NCBI GenBank assembly: GCA_947478465.1
Contig: CANJWH010000004.1
Span: forward strand, 30,727-94,726
Direction: 5' to 3'
Length of the DNA: 64,000 nt
Source of the DNA: Bacteroidota bacterium
Lineage (GTDB): Bacteria; Bacteroidota; Bacteroidia; SXHM01
Below the pieces are notes generated by a model. That model was not told the DNA's origin. It saw only the letters and a program-made list of their open reading frames with translations, and did no database searches. Position numbers and translations under genes: made by a program. This document shows, one piece after another, positions 38,739-49,800 of this stretch. Positions within the stretch are counted from its first letter, which is position 1. Every line of letters begins with the position of its first letter.

Positions 38739-39544
38739 TATTTTCCTCCTTCAACAGCTTTTCTTACACTGCCATATTTTTTCAACAACTCATTAGCAGT
38801 TTCGTAATCTGTTTTTAATTCTTCCATAACCATTTTTGTTCCGCGGTCAATCAGTTTGTTGTTGCTCAGTTGCATATCCACCATTCGGTTGCCTCTCACT
38901 CTTCCTAGTTTTATCATCACCGTTGTAGAAATCATATTCAGTGCTAATTTCTGTGCTGTTCCTGATTTCATTCGCGTGCTACCTGTTACAAACTCAGGAC
39001 CAACTATAACTTCAACCGGAAACTTTGCAGCCAGTGCAACAGGGCTTCCGGGATTACAGGTGATGCTGCCTGTTTTAATTCCTTCTTCGTTACATTTCAT
39101 CAAAGCACCAAGCACATATGGTGCAGTTCCCGAAGCTGTAATTCCAATTACTGTATCGTTAGCGTTTATGAGATGTTCCTGCAAATCTTTCCAGCCTTGT
39201 TGTTCATCATCCTCTGCAAATTCCACAGCTTTGCGAATGGCTTTGTCGCCTCCTGCAATAATTCCAATTACAAGACCATGCTCCACTCCGTAAGTTGGAG
39301 GACATTCCGATGCATCTACAATTCCCAACCTGCCGCTGGTTCCTGCTCCAAGATAAAATAACCTGCCACCATTTTTCATTTTTTCTGCAACAACTGCCAC
39401 TAATTTTTCAATTTGTGGAATAGCTTTCTCTACTGCTAAAGCAACTGTCTTATCCTCGTTATTAATGCCTGCAAGCAGTTCAGCCACTGACATTTTTTCA
39501 AGATGATTGTAATTGGATTCGGATTCGGTGATTCTGTTGTGCAT
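38738..39544 (-). CDS. murQ: N-acetylmuramic acid 6-phosphate etherase
   Basis: GAGTSGRLG, DASECPPT, GPEFVTGSTRMKSGTAQK; -7 element TATCTTTG at 39549-39556 (minus). Confidence 0.96.
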   Translation of the reverse strand: MHNRITESESNYNHLEKMSVAELLAGINNEDKTVALAVEKAIPQIEKLVAVVAEKMKNGGRLFYLGAGTSGRLGIVDASECPPTYGVEHGLVIGIIAGGDKAIRKAVEFAEDDEQQGWKDLQEHLINANDTVIGITASGTAPYVLGALMKCNEEGIKTGSITCNPGSPVALAAKFPVEVIVGPEFVTGSTRMKSGTAQKLALNMISTTVMIKLGRVRGNRMVDMQLSNNKLIDRGTKMVMEELKTDYETANELLKKYGSVRKAVEGGK

Positions 39545-39677
39545 AATGCAAAGATAAGAAAGACACTAATTATTGTTTGTTGATATTTTAATTTTGTTTT
39601 GGCAATTTAATTGTTTTTTTTGGGTAGCGGTTTGGAGGGGGAAGGAATTGGTATCTTTGGAGTAGAAATCAATTATT

Positions 39678-41210
39678 TTGAAAAATAATATTCCATACTT
39701 TTTACTGCTCTTTTTTTTGGTGCTGAATCTTAGCGTAAACTCACAACAGCTTACATTCTCTAAAGTCATTCAAGAAACACATGTAAATGTAGGTATTCAA
39801 ACTTTTGATAATTGTTATATGCTTGCATGTGAAGATGGAAATACAATAAAAATAGATTCAGTAGGCAATGTAGTATGGATTAAGAGGTTCAGCACAGACA
39901 ATGCCCTATCTGCATTATTATTATACGGATTGATTACTTCCATTGATTCATCATATGTGATTACAGGGGCTGCAACCAATACTATTACAGGAAATACCGA
40001 TGCACTTTGCATGAAATTGAATGCAGAGGGAGATACACTCTGGACAAAAACAATCAGCTACAACAGTAGTTCTCTTGAGTCGCTCTCTGTCCAACAAACC
40101 AATGATTCTGGTTTTGTAATGACGGGGCAGTTTGCATCTGAAGTAGTTCCCAATTATGGAGTTTTTGTTACAAAAATTGGATCTACTGGTAATCTTGAAT
40201 GGAATTATTTTTATTAAGAGGCAAATAATAGCCATTTTTCTTTTTCCATAAAACAAACTTCTGACAGCGGATATGTGCTTACTGGCTATTTTGAAAACTA
40301 TCCGCCATTTGAGCCCAATGCATTTCTTATCAAACTATCATCTTCGGGTTCGTTTCAATGGGCGAAGAAATATAATTTTTCTTCACCTGTTGTTTGCTTT
40401 GGAAATGATATTGAAATAATGGATAACGGATTTTTATGTTATTTAAACATGGGAAGCAATATTGCTTTGATGAAAACAGATTTCTCTGGAAATATTATAT
40501 GGAGTAAGATATATGAACCTTTATCTTCTTCAAACCAGACACTAAATATCTCAAAACCTAAACTACACAAAACTTATGATAACAATTATGTTTTTGCAAA
40601 CGGGACGGATTTTAGCGGTGGCCTTACAAAAGTTGATACAGCAGGTAATATTATTTGGTCAAAGGAATTGTTGCTTACTGCTATGGATGTGGTAGTCACA
40701 AAAGATACGGGATTTCTGATTGTTGGAAATGGTCCCTGGATATCACAAGGCGGAGGTTTTTTAGAAATTGGATTAATAAAAACCGATTCGCTTGGCAATG
40801 GATCGCAATGTACTACTGAAAGATTAGTGCAAATAAATAATGAGCCATTAATCGCTGCAGAGGCTAGTTTCACAAGAATAAGTGGAGGAGTTATAACCAC
40901 TATTCACCCTTTTATCAACCCTATTTCTATGATGAACTTTTCTGGATGTATAGATATTGCATTAAGTACTGGCGAAAAATTATCTGAAACTGAATTAAGC
41001 CTTTACCCCAACCCCGTCAGAGATTACCTAACCATCCAAGGCGCAACTCCTGCCTACCTAAAACTTTGCAACACTCTCGGTCAAACAGTAGCAGAAGCAA
41101 CTAACACCAACCAAGTAAATATTAGCGTAATTGAAAGCGGCATGTATGTTTTGCAGTTGTATGATAAAAAAGGTGAACTGTTAAAAACAGAGAAGGTTGT
41201 AAAGCAGTAG
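39678..41210 (+). pseudogene. T9SS type A cargo (beta-propeller-type repeats) interrupted by an in-frame TAA at 40215-40217
   Basis: ORFs 39678..40217 and 40275..41210 are in the same frame; the read-through is WNYFY*EANNSHFSFSIKQTSDSGYVLTG; C-terminal LYPNP...GMYVLQL...KVVKQ. Confidence 0.8.
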
Positions 41211-41294
41211 CTTTTCTTCTGTCAGTTTTTTGTTGATAAAAATTATCAGTCTGTTTTAAGTGGCTGTATATCTTTATTCCCTTAAAATATAAAT

Positions 41295-41945
41295 ATGAAA
41301 TTCTTTATAGATACAGCAAATCTCGCACAAATCAAGGAAGCACAGGAACTCGGAGTCCTTGACGGAGTAACCACCAACCCTTCGCTGATGGCGAAGGAAG
41401 GCATAAAAGATCAAGATAAAATCATTCAACATTATATTGACATCTGCAACATTGTGGATGGTGATGTAAGCGCTGAAGTTATTTCTACCGACTTTAAAGG
41501 AATTGTAGAAGAAGGCGAGAAGTTAGCTGCTTTGCATCCGCAGATTGTGGTGAAAGTGCCGATGATTAAAGATGGTGTGAAAGCGTTGAAATATTTTTCA
41601 TCAAAAGGAATAAGAACCAATTGCACCCTGATATTCTCAGCAGGACAAGCTCTGCTGGCTGCAAAAGCAGGAGCCACCTATTGCTCACCTTTCATCGGCA
41701 GATTGGATGATGTAAGTCAGGACGGACTTGAGCTCATTGCACAAATGCGTTTGATATATGATAACTATGGTTACGAGACACAGATTTTAGCTGCTTCCGT
41801 TCGTCATCCTATTCATATTATTAAATGTGCTGAAATTGGCGCTGATGTGGCAACCTGCCCCTTGAGTGCAATTACAGCATTATTAAATCATCCGCTGACT
41901 GATATTGGCCTGGCAAAATTTTTAGCAGATGCAGGTAAAAAATAA
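41295..41945 (+). CDS. fsa: Transaldolase / fructose-6-phosphate aldolase family
   Basis: [34 protein letters not shown]. Confidence 0.93.
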   Translation: MKFFIDTANLAQIKEAQELGVLDGVTTNPSLMAKEGIKDQDKIIQHYIDICNIVDGDVSAEVISTDFKGIVEEGEKLAALHPQIVVKVPMIKDGVKALKYFSSKGIRTNCTLIFSAGQALLAAKAGATYCSPFIGRLDDVSQDGLELIAQMRLIYDNYGYETQILAASVRHPIHIIKCAEIGADVATCPLSAITALLNHPLTDIGLAKFLADAGKK

Positions 41946-41952
41946 ATAGCGA

Positions 41953-42573
41953 ATGATACTGAAGATACACCCTCAAAATCCCGAACAACGCAAAATTGAT
42001 CAGGTTATTGACTGCCTGCGTGATGGAGGTGTAATCATTTATCCTACTGATACTGTTTATGGAATAGGCTGCGATATCTACAACCAGAAAGCTGTGGAGC
42101 GCATTTGTCGTATAAGAAATATTGACAGAAAAAAAGCTAATTTCTCTTTCATCTGTTACGACCTTAGTCATCTTTCCGACTTTGCTCGTAATGTGGATAC
42201 TGCAACTTACAAACTGATGAAGAAAGCTTTTCCAGGTCCGTTTACGTTTGTTTTGCAGGCAAAAAATGCAGTGCCAGATTTATTTAAAAGCAAAAAGAAA
42301 ACAGTAGGAATAAGAATTCCGGACAATAACATTGCCCGTGAAATTGTTAACCGTTTAGGCAATCCTCTAATGTCGGCTTCGGTTCATGACGAGGACGAAG
42401 TGATTGAATACACTACCAATCCTGAACTTATTCACGAGAAGTATGAAGATTTGGTGGACATGGTGATTGACGGTGGTTTTGGTGATAACCATGTTTCAAC
42501 CGTTATTGATTGTTCTAACGGAAGTGCAGAAATTCTGCGGCAGGGAAAAGGAATTCTTGAAGACCTGTATTAA
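41953..42573 (+). CDS. Sua5/YciO/YrdC family protein
   Basis: YPTDTVYGIGC, PGPFT, VGIRIP, STVID. Confidence 0.92.
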   Translation: MILKIHPQNPEQRKIDQVIDCLRDGGVIIYPTDTVYGIGCDIYNQKAVERICRIRNIDRKKANFSFICYDLSHLSDFARNVDTATYKLMKKAFPGPFTFVLQAKNAVPDLFKSKKKTVGIRIPDNNIAREIVNRLGNPLMSASVHDEDEVIEYTTNPELIHEKYEDLVDMVIDGGFGDNHVSTVIDCSNGSAEILRQGKGILEDLY

Positions 42574-43097
42574 TTGAAGCGGAAACCGTTCAGAAATAAT
42601 TCCTGAACATTAATATTCGTTTCCTTACCAGCAATATAAAGAAATGCAAGAGATTTTGTGTCAGCCCAGCCTTTTATTTTGTATTCAAACCCGGTAGCAT
42701 CTTCCCAGTAATCAATTACTCCAACTGCATTTGGATTTGATTCTAATGTATGACCTTTCCCGTAACCAGCTGTAGAAGTAATCATAAACTGTTCCTGTAG
42801 AAAATCGATATAACTAATCAGCAATTCTTCCATATCTTCTTTGCTGCTTCCATCCATGCTTCCCGGTAGAAAATCTACTACGATTATTCCATAGAAACTA
42901 CTGTCATACTCTACTTCTGCTGTGTAAACATCAGCACCATCTTCCGATTTTGATGGTTCAAATTCCCCTGGATCAACAGGGAAGTATGCAAAGTGTCCGG
43001 TTTGATTTATGGGGTATTTAGTAAAGCGTGGAACCTGAGCTGATACAGTTGTAATAAATACAACAAGAAACGAAATTAGAATTGTTGTTTTTTTCAT
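42570..43097 (-). CDS. Secreted hypothetical protein
   Basis: Signal peptide; C-terminal FLNGFRF reminiscent of PsbP/Mog1-like folds. Confidence 0.7.
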   Translation of the reverse strand: MKKTTILISFLVVFITTVSAQVPRFTKYPINQTGHFAYFPVDPGEFEPSKSEDGADVYTAEVEYDSSFYGIIVVDFLPGSMDGSSKEDMEELLISYIDFLQEQFMITSTAGYGKGHTLESNPNAVGVIDYWEDATGFEYKIKGWADTKSLAFLYIAGKETNINVQELFLNGFRFN

Positions 43098-43111
43098 AGT
43101 GTAATTAAAAA

Positions 43112-44164
43112 TTAGTTACCTCTTGGCGAAACTCTTTTTGGCTGTACAGGATCAGTTTCAAACCAGGACAACGGTTTTAATAATGGGTCGAAAGAAAAGT
43201 ATTGAATTAAGGCTAAATCTGCTTCAGCATTAATTTTTGCATACATACGGTCAGGGTCATAGTCAATAGGATTTCCTTTTAAGTCAACTGCACCCGGTTT
43301 TGCTTTAATTGCATATGCAGTAACTGTAGTTGTCTTGCCGGTAATTGTTGTCAGTGCAATAGTGAAAAATTTTGGCGAAGCAAGAATTGAATCTCGTGTT
43401 TCATCTTTCAGTTTTTCAAATGCTTCAAAGTGGATGTTACTGTAATTCACTAAATATTCTTTCACAGATATGCTGTCAAAGTTAGCAAGTGGTGCATTGA
43501 ATTTAAGTGATTTTATAACTATTTGTCCGTTTTCACTTCTGCTGATTTCAAATGAATCTTCCGGTTTTTCAAAGTATTCAACTTTCACAGAACTGATTTC
43601 GGTGAAAGGGCTTTTGAAAATAGCGGAACTCCGCCATTTATAATCCAGCACAATGTAACGTGTTGTCAGGTATCCGAAAAATCCGGGAATATGAGTGATA
43701 TACGGGTCAGAGAAATCTCCATCATTTTCCAATGCCATGTAAGTTCCCGAATTATCAGGTGTTGGACCGCCCACATAATAAACCTTGTCAGGTTCATCAT
43801 CATTGGTATAAATCTCAACTTTAATTCCCCGTGAAGCAAGATCTTTCAGAATATTTTCCCGAGCCCCAATCCCTATCGGAGCTTTCATTTCCACTTTTTT
43901 TATTGTGGTAAGTAAAGTGTTTATTGCATCTTGTCGTGCAGGAAAATTCCCGTTTACATTCCATTCGCCAGCACCTACTCTGTTTAGTGTTACAGAATAC
44001 CCCCTTTTATCCGCAAGAAATAGTTTGGTTATGGAGGCAGTATCTTCTACAGCAAAACTTGTTTTTTCAACACTCAACGTTGAGTTGTTTTTGTTAATGA
44101 CTAAATAAACAGCCAGTGTTGTCAACAGAAGGGCTATGATGATGAAGGCTTTGTTTTTTTTCAT
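43112..44164 (-). CDS. DUF4340-like membrane-anchored protein
   Basis: N-terminal TM helix; W.VNG.FPARQDAINTLL, YYVGGPTPDNSGTYM; lies downstream of gldG. Confidence 0.7.
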   Translation of the reverse strand: MKKNKAFIIIALLLTTLAVYLVINKNNSTLSVEKTSFAVEDTASITKLFLADKRGYSVTLNRVGAGEWNVNGNFPARQDAINTLLTTIKKVEMKAPIGIGARENILKDLASRGIKVEIYTNDDEPDKVYYVGGPTPDNSGTYMALENDGDFSDPYITHIPGFFGYLTTRYIVLDYKWRSSAIFKSPFTEISSVKVEYFEKPEDSFEISRSENGQIVIKSLKFNAPLANFDSISVKEYLVNYSNIHFEAFEKLKDETRDSILASPKFFTIALTTITGKTTTVTAYAIKAKPGAVDLKGNPIDYDPDRMYAKINAEADLALIQYFSFDPLLKPLSWFETDPVQPKRVSPRGN

Positions 44165-44180
44165 GATTCTATTTTAGTTT

Positions 44181-44241
44181 CGTCATGCTGAACTTGTTTC
44201 AGCATCTTTTTTCAAGACCCTGAAACAAGTTCAGAGTGACG
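44181..44241. repeat. REP-like palindromic doublet, copy 3
   Basis: CGTCATGCTGAACTTGTTTCAGCATCT...AGACCCTGAAACAAGTTCAGAGTGACG. Confidence 0.85.
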
Positions 44242-44249
44242 TTTCACTT

Positions 44250-46667
44250 TCATTTCGCGTATTTTCTTTTCCTCAGGACAGTTTGTACAACTCCAAAAAT
44301 AATAATCAAAAGAACAGGCAATGCCACATTCAGTAACTGCCATTGCAAACGCTGTTTTGAAATTTTCTTTTTATCCAGTAAACGTATTTTCAATTCACGG
44401 GCACGTACAGAAATTAAACCTGAGTCGTCACATAGATAATTCACACAATTCAGAATAAATTTTTTGTTGCCGTAAGTTTGCTCGTTGTAGGGGTCAAAGC
44501 CCAATGGAAAAACTTCACCTGTGCTTTGCTTGTATTTATTCCTGATTACATCACCATCAGAAATCACAATCATTTTATTGGCAACACTTTTTTCTTTAAA
44601 ACCTATTTCTTTACTCAACTGAATGGATGGAGGAACACGATTGGTAAACACTGATTCAAATTCTCCTTCCAGTAAAACGGCAACAGGTTCATAAGATTTA
44701 CTGAACTGACTTTCATCAGGTTTATTTACCAGAATTTCCAGACCAACTTTTACCGGTGTTGGCAAGGTTCGCGAGTATTTTGACGAAGCAAGCAAAATGG
44801 TTTTCTTAACTCCTTTTGCACCTACAGTATCAATGCTTGATGCAAATTCAGTGCGAATGGCATTCAGGTTGCGCACCACCGGATGCTCGCTTGTAGGAAT
44901 TATCAATGGAAAGAAAAGCCAGGGCTGTAATCCCCATTGCACCTGATTTCCCACATAACCTGTAGGCGCTGGTATTTCAGCTGCCCGCAAATCCTGAATT
45001 ACATTGGTATTGATGCGCACACCATATTTAAAAAGCTGATCGGCAAGGTTCACATCCACAGGCATTCCTAATGTTGCACTTGCATTTTGCAGGCTGTCCA
45101 TACTGGCTTCGCAGCCATCAACTAACCACAATACTTTTCCTCCGCGCATCACAAACTGGTCAATAATGAATTTGTCTTTTTCATCAAAAGTTGTGTCGGG
45201 TTTAGCAACTATTATGGCTTTAAAATCATCAAGACTTTTCAGTTGTGCATTAATAACTACTGTGTCAACGATATAATATTCACTCAGTGATCCCGCAATA
45301 TCTGCTACAAAAGGTTTTGCCAATTCACCCTGTCCCATTACAAAAGCTATCTTGTCTTTTTTGTCTTCGCTCAGTTTGCGAATTGTATTGGATATTTCAT
45401 ATTCCAGATCTTCTATGGAATTATTTAACATCTCTACAGGCGCAGCACCTAACCTGCTTTTTAGTAGTTGCAAAGGCATTTCTTTTTCGCGGTAGTAAAA
45501 AATGGCTCCCGGGAAAATGGTGTTTTGCACAGCACCTTCTTTTTCATTTAGTTTATAAGTGGTTGGCTGTAATCCTTGTTTCACCAACTGACGATATAGT
45601 TTCTCTCGCTGCTTTTTGTCGAGATTTTCTGATGGGTTGATAAACTCGTATTCAATTTTATTTTTTCCGTAAGCACGGAATTCATCCAGCATTTCCTTGG
45701 TCTTATTACGCAGGCGTTTAAAGTCTGCCGGAAAATCTCCTTCCAGATAAATTTTTACATACACCACATCATCCAGTTTGTTTATCAAATCAATGGTGGT
45801 AGGGGAGAGCGAGTAACGTTTTTCTGCTGTAAGGTCAAAGCGTTTAAAAAGAAAACTGCCAATGATATTAAGGGCAACAATAATGATAAGAACAGAAATA
45901 AGTTTTACCCCAGCTCTTTCTGAAAATGATTTTGCAGCATTTTTTCCACGCTGTAAGGATAGTTGGGTGAACACGATAAACACCGCACTCAGGCTGATGA
46001 AATAAATCATATCGCGTGTATCCAGCACTCCGCGGCTCATGCTGATGTAGTGCTCCAGCATTCCGATGTTAAGCAGAATGTTATCCACCTTCCCGAAAAT
46101 ATCGAGTGAACTGATACTGTCAAAACCATCAAAGAAAAACCATGACAGAAACAGAGCGATGATGAAGGAGATAATCTGGTTCTCGGTTATGGACGATGCA
46201 AAAACACCGATAGCAACAAAAGCTGCGGCAAGAAAAATCAAACCGAAGTAAGACCCCATAACACTTCCGCTGTCAATATTTCCTGCGGGAAAGCCTAACT
46301 GATAAACCGAAAAATAATACACCAGTGTAGGTGCAACTGAAAAAAGAACCAGCAACACCCCCGCAGCATATTTTGCAAAAATGATCTGGAAATCAGCAAG
46401 TGGTTTGGTTTGTAATAATTCTATGGTTCCGCTTTTCTTTTCATCGGCAAACGAGCGCATGGTAATGGCAGGAACCAGAAACATAAACACCCATGGTGCG
46501 AGTGAAAATAAGCTGTCAATAGTTGCATAGCCATTGTCCAGTATATTTGATTCATACGGAATAACCCACATGAATAAGCCGGTAATAAGCAGAAAAACAC
46601 CCACAACAATATAGCCGGTGAGTGAGTTGAGAAAACTGAATAGTTCGCGCTTTAACAGCGTAAGCAT
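44250..46667 (-). CDS. gldG: Fused gliding-motility ABC permease GldF and auxiliary component GldG
   Basis: Residues 1-~240 are GldF-like (APWVFMFLVPAITMRSFADEKKSGTIELL, SMSRGVLDTRD); the rest is GldG-like (RFDLTAEKRYSLS, IDQFVMRGGKVLW, NKKFILN, REL). Confidence 0.9.
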   Translation of the reverse strand: MLTLLKRELFSFLNSLTGYIVVGVFLLITGLFMWVIPYESNILDNGYATIDSLFSLAPWVFMFLVPAITMRSFADEKKSGTIELLQTKPLADFQIIFAKYAAGVLLVLFSVAPTLVYYFSVYQLGFPAGNIDSGSVMGSYFGLIFLAAAFVAIGVFASSITENQIISFIIALFLSWFFFDGFDSISSLDIFGKVDNILLNIGMLEHYISMSRGVLDTRDMIYFISLSAVFIVFTQLSLQRGKNAAKSFSERAGVKLISVLIIIVALNIIGSFLFKRFDLTAEKRYSLSPTTIDLINKLDDVVYVKIYLEGDFPADFKRLRNKTKEMLDEFRAYGKNKIEYEFINPSENLDKKQREKLYRQLVKQGLQPTTYKLNEKEGAVQNTIFPGAIFYYREKEMPLQLLKSRLGAAPVEMLNNSIEDLEYEISNTIRKLSEDKKDKIAFVMGQGELAKPFVADIAGSLSEYYIVDTVVINAQLKSLDDFKAIIVAKPDTTFDEKDKFIIDQFVMRGGKVLWLVDGCEASMDSLQNASATLGMPVDVNLADQLFKYGVRINTNVIQDLRAAEIPAPTGYVGNQVQWGLQPWLFFPLIIPTSEHPVVRNLNAIRTEFASSIDTVGAKGVKKTILLASSKYSRTLPTPVKVGLEILVNKPDESQFSKSYEPVAVLLEGEFESVFTNRVPPSIQLSKEIGFKEKSVANKMIVISDGDVIRNKYKQSTGEVFPLGFDPYNEQTYGNKKFILNCVNYLCDDSGLISVRARELKIRLLDKKKISKQRLQWQLLNVALPVLLIIIFGVVQTVLRKRKYAK

Positions 46668-46842
46668 AGTTTTTAAATTGAGGCGCTAAATTAACGTTTA
46701 ATCTTGCAAAGCGTTTTCATGCCTGCAGAAAATATTAACGATAAATATACATCTCCGTGAGTGCAAACTAACACTTGTTTGTAAACAACTATGCTCGCTC
46801 TTTATTGCCCCCGCCTCCATTAATTCCTAAATTTGAAGCAAA

Positions 46843-49800
46843 ATGTTTAACAGGAACTGCATCTTCAAAGTTTTTGTTCTGCTTCTTGCTTTTTTCTTTT
46901 CAGCCGGAAGCGTAAGTGCTTCGCATTCACAAGGTGCTGACCTAACGTATGAATGTTTGGGCGGAAATCAATACCGTGTTACACTTTCTTTTTACCGTGA
47001 TTGTGCCGGAGTGGCTGCTCCCAACGCTGCTATTATTACTGTAACTTCTGCAACGTGCGGACAAAATTTTACCATCAACTTAAACCCGCTTCCCGGAACA
47101 GGGCAAGAGGTTTCGCCCATTTGTCTGAGTGCTACAACCGAATGTACAGGAGGTGTTCTGCCGGGTGTGCAGGAATATATTTATACCAACACTGTTACTC
47201 TTCCTGCCAATTGCAGCGACTGGGTTTTTAGTTACGACCTCTGTTGCCGCAATACTGCTACCAACACCATTTTTGACCCGGGAAATCAAAACATTCGCGT
47301 AGAGGCAACACTCGATAACCTGAATGTTAACTGCAACAGTTCGCCTGCCTTTTCAAATAATCCGGTGCCGTTTATTTGTGTGGGACAAACCTTTTGTTTC
47401 AATCATGGAGCCATTGATGCTGATGGTGATTCATTAGTGTATTCCCTCGTAGCACCTTTAAATGCTTCCGGTTCTTCGGTAACATATTTAGGTGGTTTCT
47501 CGGCTACTCAACCTTTAACATCAAATCCTCCGGTTACTTTTGATAATTCAACAGGCGATATTTGCATGACACCGCAGGCGCTGGAAGTAGCAGTGGTTGC
47601 TGTGCTGGTTCAGGAGTATCGCAACGGACTACTGATTGGTTCAGTGATGCGTGATTTGCAAATCCGTGTTGTTAACTGCACCAACAACCTTCCTTACATT
47701 GATGGTATTGATTTAACAGGAGCAGGAACAGGCAACGGAAACTACACCATTACAACCTGTGCGAACGCTAATCTCTGTTTCTTCATTAACAGTTATGATG
47801 CCGATGCCGCACAGAATTTATCGCTTATCTGGAACAATGCAATTCCTGCAGCAACCTTTAATCCCGGCAACGGACAACGCCCGCAGGCGCAATTTTGCTG
47901 GACACCAACGCAGGCCGACATCAGTAATATTCCGTATTGTTTTACCGTGCAGGTAAAAGACGATAACTGCCAGTATTACGGCACTTCGGTTTATTCTTTT
48001 TGTATCACAGTAGAAGGTGTAACAGTTGATTTAGGTGCCGACCAGAATATTTCCTGCGTTAACCAGACCGCCCTGAACGCAACGGTTACAGGCGGAAACG
48101 GAAACTACACCTACCTCTGGAACACAGGCGAAACAACCGCTTCCATTAATGCCGCTGAAGGCACATGGTATGTAGATGTTACCGATGTTACCAGCGGTTG
48201 TACAGGCAGCGATACCGTTGTTATTAGCTATATTAATAATCCGGTTGCAGATTTTACATTCAACACTGCCTGCGAAGGTTCAGCCACCAATTTCACTGAT
48301 GCATCACAGAGTGGGGGAGGAACCAATATCACTGCATGGAATTGGGATTTTGGTGATGGAGCTACTTCAGTTGCACAAGATCCTGCGCATACTTACAACG
48401 CTTCGGGAACATTTAGTGTTCAGCTGATTTCAGAAAATAACATCGGTTGCCGTGATACCATTTTGCAGGATGTAATTGTAAAGCCCGCACCACAAGTAGA
48501 TTTTGATTTCACGGATGAATGTACAGGAGCAATTGTAAACTTTACCGACCAGACTACATTCCCTTCCGGAAATATACCCGGCTGGACCTGGAATTTTGGT
48601 GACGGCTCGCCCCTTGACAACACGCAAAATACAACACATAGTTACGCTAACGAAGGTCAGTTTAACGTAACGCTGGTTGCCACGGGCGACAATGGTTGCA
48701 GCACTTCTTTTTCACAAACAACCGAGGCATATCCTATTCCCGTTGCTGATTACAGTTACTCCAATGCCTGTGAAAACAGCCCCATCAGTTTCACGGATGA
48801 GTCAACAATTTCTTCCGGTACCATCAATTCATGGTCGTATGATTTTGATGATGGCAGTCCACTTTCTGCACAGCAAAATCCTGTTCATACCTACACAGCT
48901 CCGGGAAGCTATAACGCAGCAATAGCAGTAGTTTCTGATCAGGGCTGCACTGCTTCACTCTCGCATAGTATTACTGTTCGTGATAAGCCCGTGCCCGCAT
49001 TCAGTAATCCAACCGCCTGTGCGCAATCACCTTTTACGTTTACTGATAATTCAACTATTCCTAACGGAACAATTGATGCATGGGACTGGACCTTCGATGA
49101 TATTTCCAGTAATTCCAATGAACAAAATCCCGCGCACATTTATGCAGCAGCAGGCAATTACGATGTAAAACTGATTGTTACCTCTGACTTCGGTTGCATG
49201 GACTCACTCACGCAAACCGTTACCGTTTATCCCAAGCCTGTTGCAGCTTTCAGCGCCACCAATTCCTGTCTTGGTGATACCAGCGTGTTCACCGATTTAT
49301 CAACCATTTCGTCAGGCGGTATCACTTCATGGACATGGAGTTTTGGCAATGGAAATTTCTCTTCGGCTCAGGATACCGTTTATGCCTACCCTGTTGCAGC
49401 AAGTTATTTAGTAGGGCTGCAGGTGGTATCTGATATGGGTTGCACCGACACTGAAACTGCATTGTTACTGGTTGACAACATTCCGCAGGCAGCATTTGCA
49501 ACCAACGATATTTGTCAGAATGATGATGCAATATTCACAGACCAGAGTTTTATCGCAACAGGCATTCTCTCTCAATGGGATTGGGATTTTGGTGATGGTT
49601 CTCCTCTGTTCTCAGGAAACAATCCGCCCGCACATAGCTATGGTAACATGGGACTTTATACCGTTTCGCTCATTGTTACTTCGCAGGGCGGTTGCAGCGA
49701 TACTGCTTATAATAACATTGCGGTCTATCCAATTCCTGAACCCGATTTTACAGCAACTACCGCTTGTTACGGAACAGAAACAGTCTTTACCGATATGAGC

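Noticed and set aside
40215-40217. Stop-codon reassignment or selenocysteine/pyrrolysine readthrough
   Set aside because: The codon is TAA, which terminates many genes in this window; no recoding signal seen
41233-41249. TGATAA-AAA-TTATCA palindrome upstream of fsa
   Set aside because: Short and AT-rich, so likely by chance; no supporting context
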